From assembly GCA_023379125.1 (NCBI GenBank), contig JAMCSY010000004.1:122588-186587 (forward strand): a DNA stretch of 64,000 bases. Reading direction: 5' to 3'. The translations under genes were made by a program, and so were the position numbers. This document shows positions 17,600 through 27,369 of the stretch, in pieces (positions within the stretch are counted from its first letter, which is position 1; every line of letters starts with the position of its first letter). The notes beneath the pieces were generated by a model. The model was given only the letters and a program-made list of their open reading frames with translations, was not told where the DNA came from and did no database searches. Origin of the DNA: Patescibacteria group bacterium. Its GTDB lineage: Bacteria; Patescibacteriota; Microgenomatia; Daviesbacterales; UBA10151.

Positions 17600-18838
17600 G
17601 TGGAAATAATTAAAAAGGTTATTCAACAAACCTCTTGGCAACTAATTGGTAAGCTTGCTACAGCACTCTCCACTTTTGTCATTTTAGGAATCATTGCTCG
17701 TTTCTATGGAGAAACCGGGGTGGGTATCTATACGCTCGCCCTAGCCTATCTAGCCTTTTTTTACTTAGCGACTGATTTAGGTCTTAACTCTTATCTACTT
17801 CCAAAAATAAACTTACAAGACTCGTTGCTAAACTCTTTGTTTAAGTTGAGGATATTTTGGGCAATTATTTTACTAGCCCCTACTCTACTGCTTGTTTTTG
17901 TATTACCTATTGGGGATAGTGACTTTCGCAAAGCAGTTATTGTAGGTTTGCCAACGATAGTGACGAGTGCGATTTTGTTCACCACTAGCTTAATTTTCCA
18001 AAAGGCTTTACATTTTGAAAAAGTAGCAATTGCTTCTTTAATTGGCAGTGTTGCCTCTTTGAGTATTGTTTTTCTACTTGCTGGCCGAGCTCAGGTCTAT
18101 CTGCTGTTGTTGGGTCCGGTATTGGCGGCAATATGCTCGGTAGCAGTGAGCTTAAGTTCGGCACAGAAATATTATCGACTTAACCTCTGGCATCAGATCA
18201 AACTGCCACTCTCCCCTTTTGCTAAGGCCTGGCCTATTTCTTTGGCTTTGGTAGTAAACACAGTTTATTTTCGTGTAGATAGTTTTATCCTTTCCCATTA
18301 TTATTCTTTAGCAGAAGTTGGTGTATATAATATTGCCTATCAAATTTTTCAGACAATCCTGGTTATCCCGACATTTATCATGAACTCTTTTTATCCTTTA
18401 ATTGCTAGTGATTTTTATAGTTCACTGGTATCTTTCCAAAAGAGACTAAACAGGGCTGGATTACTATTACTTCTTATTTCTCTCAGTGGTGTTGTCTTAA
18501 CCTGGTTGCTTAGCCCCTTGATCATTGAGTTAATTAGTGGACAAGGTTTCCAGGGATCCATTGTGGCTCTACGTGTGCTGTCTTTGAGTTTTCCTGCATT
18601 TTTTATTACCTCACTACTAATGGCCGCGCTGATAATTTTAAACAAAAGTAAATCAGTAGCCTTAATTTATAGCTTGGGTCTGATAATGAATTTAGTACTT
18701 AATTTTGTTTTTATCCCTCGTTACTCCTATTTAGCAGCTGCTTGGGTAACTGTTGTTGGCGAGTACTTGATTTTGGTTTGTCAACTAATCATACTAATTT
18801 GGTCACTAAAAAACTTCACAGTTAATGGAAGAAAATAA
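17600..18838 (+). CDS. Wzx/MOP-family polysaccharide flippase
   Basis: About 12 TMs; DLGL, YFRVD...VG.YN.AY, LNFVFIP.YSYLAAAW. Confidence 0.85.
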   Translation: MEIIKKVIQQTSWQLIGKLATALSTFVILGIIARFYGETGVGIYTLALAYLAFFYLATDLGLNSYLLPKINLQDSLLNSLFKLRIFWAIILLAPTLLLVFVLPIGDSDFRKAVIVGLPTIVTSAILFTTSLIFQKALHFEKVAIASLIGSVASLSIVFLLAGRAQVYLLLLGPVLAAICSVAVSLSSAQKYYRLNLWHQIKLPLSPFAKAWPISLALVVNTVYFRVDSFILSHYYSLAEVGVYNIAYQIFQTILVIPTFIMNSFYPLIASDFYSSLVSFQKRLNRAGLLLLLISLSGVVLTWLLSPLIIELISGQGFQGSIVALRVLSLSFPAFFITSLLMAALIILNKSKSVALIYSLGLIMNLVLNFVFIPRYSYLAAAWVTVVGEYLILVCQLIILIWSLKNFTVNGRK

Positions 18839-19256
18839 ATACCACTTTATAATTAACACGGATGGTGCTTCCAGACAGAATCCTGGTTTTGCAGCAGCTG
18901 CCTTTATTGTGAAAGACCCAGCAGGCAAAGTATTACTACAAGAAGGAAAATATTTAGGTATTGCCACTAATAATGAGGCGGAATATCGAGCAGTAATTAA
19001 TGCACTTGCTGCTCTACTACTTTATGAAGATGCTAATCTGCCAACGAAGGTACTTGTTAAAGCGGACTCTCTTTTAGTAATTCAGCAATTAAGAGGTATT
19101 TATAAAATTAAAAGCTTGTCGTTAAAAAATTTATTTGAGCAAGTCAAACAACTTGAGCAACAAATTGGACTCGTTGACTATGTACATATTAAACGCTCAG
19201 AAAATTCGGAAGCAGACTTGCTAGGTAATATTGCTCTTGATCAAACTCTAAACTAA
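18825..19256 (+). CDS. rnhA: Ribonuclease HI family protein
   Basis: TDGASR.NPG.A, TNNEAEY, DS.LV..Q, HI.R..N.EAD.L.N.ALD. Confidence 0.9.
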   Translation: MEENKYHFIINTDGASRQNPGFAAAAFIVKDPAGKVLLQEGKYLGIATNNEAEYRAVINALAALLLYEDANLPTKVLVKADSLLVIQQLRGIYKIKSLSLKNLFEQVKQLEQQIGLVDYVHIKRSENSEADLLGNIALDQTLN

Positions 19257-19498
19257 ACTATTAACACGTTTTAGTCATATCATTCTCCGCATTTGTCGCA
19301 ATATCTGAAAGGTTACGTAGTGCGTACTCAACATTTGTAGTTTTATAATTAGTAACAATTAAAAATCATGTTTAGCAATTATTTAACTAAGAGCATTTTG
19401 CGTGATTTACTAATATACCTTAAAGATATCTTGAAAATTCCTATTATAAAAGGTAGAGTAACGTGAAATAGATTTAACTATCTATCATTTAAATTGCT

Positions 19499-22400
19499 AT
19501 GAAAACACTTTCGCGAAACTCGCCCGTCGCAATAGTTGTTGGGGCTGCCGGATTTATAGGATCAAATTTAGTTGATAATTTATTGCAAAAAGGTGTTCAA
19601 GTAATTGGTGTTGATAATTTATCCAAAGGTCGTGTAATTAACTTAGATGCTGCCAGTAAACATCATAATTTTTCTCTAATTATTGAAAATTTTTCCAGAA
19701 CGACTTTTTATGATTTAGCCAGGCTTGACTATTTATTTATCGCTTTACCGGAGAATTTAGCGGAAAAAGAGCTAAATCAGGGTCTTTTAAATTTTGCTAG
19801 TTATCTACAACAACTAAAAACAAAAGTTCTTTTTATTTCTTCAACCGATATTTACAGTGCACAGTCTAATCAGCAAAATTTAGTTAATTTAGAAAAAGCA
19901 GTAGCCAATATTACCCTGCAGAAGAAACTTAATGCCCGAATTATTAGGACTGGTGTAATATTTGGGCCAAGAATGAGTTTTGTGCACCAAGATCCTCTGA
20001 CTAAGCTACTGTATAAAGCTTTAACCGATCAAACAATTAATCTAAGTTATGATACTCTAGATTTTGCAACTGCGGCTGTTTATATCAATGATTTAGTAAA
20101 TTTATTACTAAAGGCGGTGATTAAAAGCAATACTGCCTCGGAAGTTTATGATTGTGTCAATAATCAGCCAGTGGCTCTGACTGAAATTAAACAAATCTTA
20201 CTTGATCCTATTTGGCATGAAAAAAACAATTTTAAACCTACTCCACAAAAGATTCAGTCTACCCCAAACTTGGAAAAAACTGAAAAATCTCTAACTTGGC
20301 AGCCTCAGACTGATATTGTAGTAGCGCTTAAGCAAACGATGCAGTATTTCCAAAATCACAGAGAGATTTTGGGGGAACAAATTAACCTCAGTAATCAATT
20401 AGAGCAAAAAGTGCAAAATTTTAGCCAAAATATTGAGCAATTAACAACTCCGTTATTACACGAAATAGAAGAAAAATTACCAGCGCCAGTCCTACCAATT
20501 ATGCAGGTTCAAAACAATGCGGAAGAAAATCTAGCTAAAATGAAACCTCAGGTAGAAAAAAGCCTAGGAAAAACAATTCTAGATAAAGATGAGTTTAAAG
20601 ATGATAGCATTACTAACCATCTGAGATTACCCAGGGTAAAATTTTCTATTAATCCTCATCATTGGCCTGATCGAAAGCTTATTAAGCGAAGTAAAAATAT
20701 ATTATTGTTTAGCCTGGGGTTAGCGATTATTCTATGGGCGGTAATTTATCCAATTGGCAATGTTTGTTATCAAGCGGTGACTTATAATCAGCATCTGCAA
20801 AATAGTAGCTTAGCTTTGTCTCAGGGTGATTTTACCAAGGCCCAGTTAGAAAATCAGCAAGCAAAGCAGGGGATTGAGGCAATTAGTAAAATTGAATCTT
20901 CGTTGGTTATTCTACGCAATATTAATGCCTTTAATCAGTATTTTGAATCAGCTGATTTGATGATTCAGTTGGGTCAACAGGTCAACGATGGACTAGCACA
21001 TGCAATCACTGGAAGTCAGGCTTTTTATCAGGCAATGAAGGTGGTGTCTGGTGAAGATGATGGTGATTTATCAGCGCTAATAGCAACTTCTCAGACTCAA
21101 ACTGAAACAGCGGATCAAATTTTTGGCAGCCTGTCAGCCAGAATGTCGGATCCTGTTTTTACTCAAAGCGTTCCTACTCTGATTTATCCACAGATAGAAG
21201 AAATAAAGACGAGCGTTATCGCTTATCATCAGGTAGCTAGTTGGGGTAGGGTAGTCATGCAGGTTTTTCCGCTTGTTATAGACTCACAGAGTAATAAAAA
21301 CTATCTTGTTGTACTGACTAATAACGCTAGCCTAACTCCAGCTGGAGGAAGAGTAGTTGACTATGCTCAGATTAATTTTGATCATGGAAAGGTAAAGTTA
21401 GGTGAAGCTGGTGATGTTTTTCAATTAGACCAAAAACAACAACTTGCTATTAATCCACCAGCAGATCTTAAAAAAGACCTTCATTTAGACAGTTGGAGCT
21501 TGCAGTATGCGGGGACTGATCCGGACTTTGCAGAAAGTGCACGTAATATGGTCAGCTTGTACTCTCAGGAGAGCGGACAACAGGTTGCTGGGGTGTTAGC
21601 TTTGGATATCAATGGTTTGCATAGTTTGGTACAGGCGGTTGGCTCTGTCAATCTACCCAATAATCAAACAGCACTAACTAATGCCAACTTTGACCAAATT
21701 ATTTTGCACTCAGAAGATCGCTCGATACAACAAGAAGCCCTACAAGCATCATTAAATAAGTTGATTTTTTTGAATTCACAAAATTGGTTACGGATTTTTT
21801 CCTTGTTATCAGCCACTACTAGTCAAAAACACATTCAAGCCTTTGTTGCTGATCCTAGCGGAGAAGTGATTTTACAAGATGCTGGTTGGGCAGGGAGTTT
21901 TCCCCAGCAAACTAAAGATCAACCTGGCCAAAGAAATAATATTGTGGGTTTATCAGAAAATAATTTATTAGGTAATCAAGCAAATTTGAAAATCCATCGT
22001 CAGATTAGTTTAAAAAGTGATCTTTCTACAGATGGACAAGTGAGTCATCAATTGGCAATTGCTTTTGCCAATCAAAACCAGGCAGAAGCCACAACAACAG
22101 GAAACTACAATTTTAGGCTCAATTTGTATCTTTCTTCAGCTACTAAATTAATGAGTGCCGCGTGGGGGAGTCAAGATGTTACAAAACAGATGGAAGCATT
22201 AACAGACTATGGTCGGGCAGGTTATTCAGTAGTTTTGTCATTACCTGAAAACTCTAGTCAGACACTGACAGTAACTTATCAGGACTACCAGCCAGTTAGT
22301 TTAAATGGTGGAAATTTAACATATAGTCAGCAGTTTATTAAACAACCTGGAACCAGTGGGGATGAAGTGACTTATCAACTTAGTTTCCCTACAAATTGGC

Positions 22401-22516
22401 GCGTTGTCTCAGCATTTGGTTTTACAGATAATCAAAAATTACAAGACAAAAGTAGCTTTACTACAGATAAAACTTATCAAGTGCTTTTTGGACAACAATC
22501 ACTGACTGGGGTTTAA
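19499..22516 (+). CDS. Fusion of an NAD-dependent epimerase/dehydratase-like domain, a TM segment and a DUF4012-like extracellular domain
   Basis: N-terminus VGAAGFIGS..VD.LL..G.QVIGVDNL; TM near aa 400; C-terminus YLVVL.NN..L.P.GG, DPDF..SA, KQPG. Confidence 0.75.
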   Translation: MKTLSRNSPVAIVVGAAGFIGSNLVDNLLQKGVQVIGVDNLSKGRVINLDAASKHHNFSLIIENFSRTTFYDLARLDYLFIALPENLAEKELNQGLLNFASYLQQLKTKVLFISSTDIYSAQSNQQNLVNLEKAVANITLQKKLNARIIRTGVIFGPRMSFVHQDPLTKLLYKALTDQTINLSYDTLDFATAAVYINDLVNLLLKAVIKSNTASEVYDCVNNQPVALTEIKQILLDPIWHEKNNFKPTPQKIQSTPNLEKTEKSLTWQPQTDIVVALKQTMQYFQNHREILGEQINLSNQLEQKVQNFSQNIEQLTTPLLHEIEEKLPAPVLPIMQVQNNAEENLAKMKPQVEKSLGKTILDKDEFKDDSITNHLRLPRVKFSINPHHWPDRKLIKRSKNILLFSLGLAIILWAVIYPIGNVCYQAVTYNQHLQNSSLALSQGDFTKAQLENQQAKQGIEAISKIESSLVILRNINAFNQYFESADLMIQLGQQVNDGLAHAITGSQAFYQAMKVVSGEDDGDLSALIATSQTQTETADQIFGSLSARMSDPVFTQSVPTLIYPQIEEIKTSVIAYHQVASWGRVVMQVFPLVIDSQSNKNYLVVLTNNASLTPAGGRVVDYAQINFDHGKVKLGEAGDVFQLDQKQQLAINPPADLKKDLHLDSWSLQYAGTDPDFAESARNMVSLYSQESGQQVAGVLALDINGLHSLVQAVGSVNLPNNQTALTNANFDQIILHSEDRSIQQEALQASLNKLIFLNSQNWLRIFSLLSATTSQKHIQAFVADPSGEVILQDAGWAGSFPQQTKDQPGQRNNIVGLSENNLLGNQANLKIHRQISLKSDLSTDGQVSHQLAIAFANQNQAEATTTGNYNFRLNLYLSSATKLMSAAWGSQDVTKQMEALTDYGRAGYSVVLSLPENSSQTLTVTYQDYQPVSLNGGNLTYSQQFIKQPGTSGDEVTYQLSFPTNWRVVSAFGFTDNQKLQDKSSFTTDKTYQVLFGQQSLTGV

Positions 22517-22835
22517 TAAGCACATTTTCTTCTGTTGAGCTTAAGTTGTATTGCAGCAAACCACGAGATATGGTAAATTACTCACATTGTTTTATTGTTC
22601 GAACAGAAAATCACGATACATCTTGGATATGGATGAAGACTAAAACAGTCGACCTGCGAGAATGAGCTGCTGATGCGTTTCTTTCGTTACAAAGAGAAGA
22701 TACGCATTATACGAAGAGGGATGGGGAAATTTATATTTCTGGCTGATTGTAGAATAGGCAAGTGAAGAAAAGTATGCTGTCAACAATTATAGTTTTAGGA
22801 TAAGATAATAACAGAGAATAGGAGAATATAAGAAG

Positions 22836-23588
22836 ATGGATAAGATATCTTTAAAAGCAACAGAAAGAACGGTTTTGGGTAAAAAAGTCAAAGCCTTAAG
22901 AAGAGAGGGTTTGGTGCCTGGACATGTTTTTGGCAATAAGGTTGAGAATGAGCAGGTCTCAGTTAAAGAGACTGATTTTTTGAAAGTTTTTCAGCAAGCA
23001 GGGGAGACAGGGGTAATCGATTTAAAAATCGGAGCGGAAAAGATTAGACCTGTAATGATTAAAAATATTCAGGTTGATGCTGTTAAAGGCACGCCCTTGC
23101 ATGTTGATTTTTTACAAGTTGACCTCACCAAAACTGTTACAGTACCTGTTCCTTTGGAATTAATTGGTGAAGAGCCGGAGTTAGTGCATACTGGTGAAGC
23201 GGTAGTTATTCAGCCAGTTAATGAGGTTGAGGTTGAAGCTTTGCCGGCGGATTTGCCAGAAAAAATTGAAGTTGATATCTCTTCTTTGCAACAGATTGAT
23301 GATGCCATTACTGTGGCTGATTTGAAAATAGGGGAAGGTATTACTATATTGGCTGAACAAGAAACAGTCGTGGCTAAGTTAGATAATGCTATTACAGAAG
23401 AAATGCAAAAATTAATGGAGGAACAGGCAGCAGAGACTGCTGAAGCAGCAGCCGCTGAAGCAGAAGCAGAGGCTGAAGAGGGTGAAAAAGCTGAAGGTGA
23501 GCAGGAGAACGAAGCTGAAGAGTCTAAAAAAGAAGCTAGTAGTGAAGAAGCTGAAGAGACTAATCAATCAGAAAAGCTTACAGAGTAA
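22836..23588 (+). CDS. rplY: 50S ribosomal protein L25/CTC with acidic tail
   Basis: LRREGLVPG.VFG, HVDF, LP.DLP..IEVDIS.L; SD AGGAG. Confidence 0.95.
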   Translation: MDKISLKATERTVLGKKVKALRREGLVPGHVFGNKVENEQVSVKETDFLKVFQQAGETGVIDLKIGAEKIRPVMIKNIQVDAVKGTPLHVDFLQVDLTKTVTVPVPLELIGEEPELVHTGEAVVIQPVNEVEVEALPADLPEKIEVDISSLQQIDDAITVADLKIGEGITILAEQETVVAKLDNAITEEMQKLMEEQAAETAEAAAAEAEAEAEEGEKAEGEQENEAEESKKEASSEEAEETNQSEKLTE

Positions 23589-23695
23589 CTTCGTACTATC
23601 AAACACTGCGGTGAATCTGCGCTTTTTTTGCGGTAAATAATTCCTATTTTGAGGCTAAGAGTGTTGTACGACTAAAGATACTAGCTTTTGTTTTG

Positions 23696-25852
23696 CTATA
23701 TTTTGTGTGTAAAGGGTAGATTTTCCTGTTTTAAAGATTCTGGCCAGTCCTCTTGGATGATCGATTTGGCTTGAGGATAAACTTGGTGCCAAAGATCTTC
23801 ACTAGTAAAAGGCATAAACGGATGAAGCAGTTTTAAGCAAGTTGTAAAGATATACTCTAGGCAAGGCTGGGCATCAGTCCTTCTTTTTTTAGACAATTCC
23901 AAGTAGCTATCAGCCAACTTGTGCCAAATAAAATCATAAAGTGATTCGGTAGCTAAATGTAGCTGATAATTTTCCAGATGATTTGTAACTTGGTCAATTA
24001 AACCGTTCAGGTGTTGGATAATTTCAATATCTTCATCATGAGAAAAATCACTTTCAAACAAAGCCTCAGCTGGTTTTAGTTCATAAATAAAACGGTAGAT
24101 ATTTTTTAATTTGGTAGCAAAATTACGATAGTTTTTACATCTTTCGTCCATTAACTGCTGTGAAGTGCGAGCATCTCGGCCGGGAGCAGAGTAGCTGAAA
24201 AGCGCCATTCGAGTAGGATCAACATCCCATTTCTGAACCAAATTATAAGGACTAATACCATTACCCAAAGATTTAGAAAACTTCTGGCCATGAATATCTC
24301 TTAACGTGCCATGAAAGAACATGTTTTTAAAAGGAATTTGCTCAGTAAACCAAATAGCAATCATAATTTGTCGAGCAATCCAGAGATATTTGATTTCCGG
24401 AGCTGTTAGCTCAAAATCCCAGGGAAAATACTTGCTCAACTGTTGTGTTTTTTCCGGCCAGCCCAATGTGGCCAGTGGCCAAAGTCCTGACGAAAACCAG
24501 GTATCCAAAACAGCTTCCTCTTGGACCCAAACTGTTTGTCCACAAGTTTGGCATGTTTGTTCTGGTGTAGATAAAGCAACAACCATATCTTTATCCTTGC
24601 CTACTTGATGAGTAGGATTACAAGTTTGGCAATACCAAACTGGGATACGGTGTCCCCACCAAAGATTGCGCGAGATAGACCAATCGTGAATTTCCTTCAT
24701 CCAAGTAGCTAAGATTTTCTGGTAGTTTTTAGGTAGAAAGTTAATCTGTGATAGCTTGGATAAGGCCTTTTGGGCAATTGGTTGCATTTTGACAAACCAC
24801 TCTTCAGAAATAAGTGGTTCAATCACAGTTTTGCAGCGTTCGCAAACTGGCACGGCATGTGTGTAGTCTTCAACTTTTTCCACAGCTGGACCTAATTTTT
24901 GGATAGTTAGTTGACGTGCCTCTTCGATTTTTAAACCGGATAAGTCCTCTGTTAACTCAGTCATTCGGCCAGTTTTATCAACAGCATGCAGAATTGGTAA
25001 GTTGTTATCTTGTCCAATGGCAAAATCTAATGGATCATGGCCGGGGGTAATTTTTAAAGCTCCTGTACCAAAATCTTCCTGGACACGCTTGTCCTCAATG
25101 ATGGGTATTTCATTACCAGTTAGGGGATTGATTGCTTTCTGACCAAGATATTTTTTATATTGAGGATGATTAGGGTAAACAGCAATTGCCACATCAGCAA
25201 AAATTGTTTCAGGACGCGCAGTGGCCACGGTAATAAACTCAGTTGGCTGATCAGAGATTTGGTATTTAACAAAGTAGAGTTTTTCTTTCTTTTGCTCATA
25301 TTCCATCTCCACATCTTCAATGGCTGTACCATCTTTAGGGCACCATTGGACAATGTAGGCTCCTTTATAAAGTAAATCTTGTTCCCAAAAGCTTTTAAAT
25401 TCCTCAAAAACAGCTTTTTGGACAGGTGGGTCTAGGGTAAATACTTCCTTGTCCCAATCTGCAGAGATGCCCAAAAAGTCCCAGGTTTGATGAAAAGAGT
25501 GATAAACCTCTTCTTTAAATTGCCATGCTTGTTTTAGCCACTCCTCGTGGCCTAGCTTTTGTTTAGATAAACCCTTTTTAGCCAGTTCCTTATTAAAAGT
25601 TGATTCAAAAATAATCCCAGCATGATCAACTCCTGGCAAAAGTAAGACGTCAAACCCCTGCATCCTTTTAAAACGGGCGAGAGCGTCCATGATTGATTGC
25701 TGCATGGCATGGCCTAGATGTAGCTCACCATTAACATTGGGAGGGGGCATTAAAATAGAGTATGGTTTTTTAGCAGAGTTTGGGTCAGCTGCAAAAAGCT
25801 TATGTCTGAGCCAATAATTATACCAATCTTTTTCTGCTGTTGGTTTGTCCAT
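23696..25852 (-). CDS. valS: Valine--tRNA ligase (short form lacking the C-terminal coiled-coil arm)
   Basis: PPPNVNG.LHLGH, DW.ISR.LWWGHRIP, VLDTWFSS, KFSKS, LLHPFMPF.SE. Confidence 0.95.
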   Translation of the reverse strand: MDKPTAEKDWYNYWLRHKLFAADPNSAKKPYSILMPPPNVNGELHLGHAMQQSIMDALARFKRMQGFDVLLLPGVDHAGIIFESTFNKELAKKGLSKQKLGHEEWLKQAWQFKEEVYHSFHQTWDFLGISADWDKEVFTLDPPVQKAVFEEFKSFWEQDLLYKGAYIVQWCPKDGTAIEDVEMEYEQKKEKLYFVKYQISDQPTEFITVATARPETIFADVAIAVYPNHPQYKKYLGQKAINPLTGNEIPIIEDKRVQEDFGTGALKITPGHDPLDFAIGQDNNLPILHAVDKTGRMTELTEDLSGLKIEEARQLTIQKLGPAVEKVEDYTHAVPVCERCKTVIEPLISEEWFVKMQPIAQKALSKLSQINFLPKNYQKILATWMKEIHDWSISRNLWWGHRIPVWYCQTCNPTHQVGKDKDMVVALSTPEQTCQTCGQTVWVQEEAVLDTWFSSGLWPLATLGWPEKTQQLSKYFPWDFELTAPEIKYLWIARQIMIAIWFTEQIPFKNMFFHGTLRDIHGQKFSKSLGNGISPYNLVQKWDVDPTRMALFSYSAPGRDARTSQQLMDERCKNYRNFATKLKNIYRFIYELKPAEALFESDFSHDEDIEIIQHLNGLIDQVTNHLENYQLHLATESLYDFIWHKLADSYLELSKKRRTDAQPCLEYIFTTCLKLLHPFMPFTSEDLWHQVYPQAKSIIQEDWPESLKQENLPFTHKI

Positions 25853-25932
25853 ATAGGCTCAAGTATAGCTGGATTGAAAGTGAGGGTCAATCGAAAAGAT
25901 TACTGGTGGATTATACAAAAGGGTTAACAGGA

Positions 25933-26217
25933 TTAGCAGTTTTCCTCGGGTGTTAAGAGAGCGACTAGCTCTTTGCTGGGGGAAAAACTACTATCTAAAA
26001 TGGTGAAACCTATCGCTGCTGCCAGAGAATTTTCTAGTTCTGTTGGGGAATCAATTACTGGATCTTGTCCTCTCCAATCCTGTTCCCATATATGGCACGC
26101 CGATTCAAAAACAGTATCAATGTCACATCCAGCAGATAACGAAAGAGCAATATGCACTGAAACCCGAGAGTGTATTTCTGCTAATGCTTTTGATGATAGT
26201 TCTGACTCAGTGATCAT
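25933..26217 (-). CDS. Hypothetical acidic protein, 94 aa
   Basis: ORF co-oriented with tsaD and valS, with a TATACT-like element upstream; no motif recognised. Confidence 0.5.
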   Translation of the reverse strand: MITESELSSKALAEIHSRVSVHIALSLSAGCDIDTVFESACHIWEQDWRGQDPVIDSPTELENSLAAAIGFTILDSSFSPSKELVALLTPEENC

Positions 26218-26261
26218 CTTTTAGCTCGACAATTAACTATTAAATAGTATAACTCTTTTGT

Positions 26262-27302
26262 CTAGATTAAATTAAGTCCGGGGTTTGCCTGCAAGCTGAT
26301 TGATTCAACTACAATTGGATTAAAGTAGGCGGCCGCTGCAATCATAGCGGCGTTATCGGTACAAAATTGCAGTTTTGGGAAATGTATGGCCACACGTGGT
26401 AATTGCTGCCGGAAAGTCTCCGAAAGTTTTGTTTTTAAGTGGTGATTGGCTGCCACTCCACCAGCAATCATAACTTGTTCAGCACCAAGACTTTGGGAGG
26501 CAGCAACAAGCTTAGCGATTAGTACCTGACTAATGGTTTCCTGAATAGAAGCAGCCAAATCTGCTTGTTGTTGTGATGTTAAAGTCTTGTTTCCACCCTT
26601 TATTTTATTAGTGAGATTGAGGATGGCTGTCTTAAGTCCAGAAAAAGAAAAATCAAAATCAGTACTATTTAACATCGGTTTGGGTAAAGAATAAACTTGA
26701 GGATTGCCATTTTGGGCTGCTTGGGCAATCGCTGGGCCACCAGGATAAGGTAAATCAATTAAGCGAGCCCCTTTGTCAAAACACTCTCCAGCAGCATCAT
26801 CTCTTGTCCCACTAATATATTCAAACTGATGATGATCTTTCATTAAGACTAAATCAGTATGCCCACCAGAAATTAGTAAACCCAAACAGGGAAATTTTGG
26901 TGGGGTAGGATTATCCAGCCAATGGGCATAAAAATGACCAACTAAGTGATTAACTGGAATTAATGGTTTTTGCCAGACTAAACTTAATGTTTTGGCTGTT
27001 TCTACTCCAACCAACAAAGAACCAATTAAACCAGGTCCAACTGTGACTGCGATTGCTTCGATTTGTTCAGGTTTTAGCTTGGCCAGAAAGAGGGATTCTT
27101 TGATAACCGGAATGATAGCTTTAAGTTGTTCACGAGCTGCAAATTCTGGAATAACTCCACCGTATTTAGATTGCAATGATGCTGAAGAACTGACAATATT
27201 GGATAACAAAGTTACCCTTTTGTGATCACCTCGGATAATTGCGGCCGAAGTCTCGTCGCAGCTAGTTTCGATCGCTAGGATGGTTTTAAAAGTTTGTTGC
27301 AT
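26262..27302 (-). CDS. tsaD: tRNA N6-threonylcarbamoyladenosine synthase TsaD
   Basis: ILAIETSCDET, GPGL, NHLVGH, SGGHT, DDAAGE, FSFSGLKT, TDNAAMIA; likely start 27302. Confidence 0.96.
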   Translation of the reverse strand: MQQTFKTILAIETSCDETSAAIIRGDHKRVTLLSNIVSSSASLQSKYGGVIPEFAAREQLKAIIPVIKESLFLAKLKPEQIEAIAVTVGPGLIGSLLVGVETAKTLSLVWQKPLIPVNHLVGHFYAHWLDNPTPPKFPCLGLLISGGHTDLVLMKDHHQFEYISGTRDDAAGECFDKGARLIDLPYPGGPAIAQAAQNGNPQVYSLPKPMLNSTDFDFSFSGLKTAILNLTNKIKGGNKTLTSQQQADLAASIQETISQVLIAKLVAASQSLGAEQVMIAGGVAANHHLKTKLSETFRQQLPRVAIHFPKLQFCTDNAAMIAAAAYFNPIVVESISLQANPGLNLI

Positions 27303-27369
27303 AGTTGGTATTGTACATTCTTGAATTAAAAACTCCAATTATTGCTGTATAATTAGGACACTTTTTAAG

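Noticed and set aside
23696-23760. valS as a truncated pseudogene
   Set aside because: All catalytic and anticodon-binding motifs are intact and I see no downstream remnant of the arm; better explained as a short variant.
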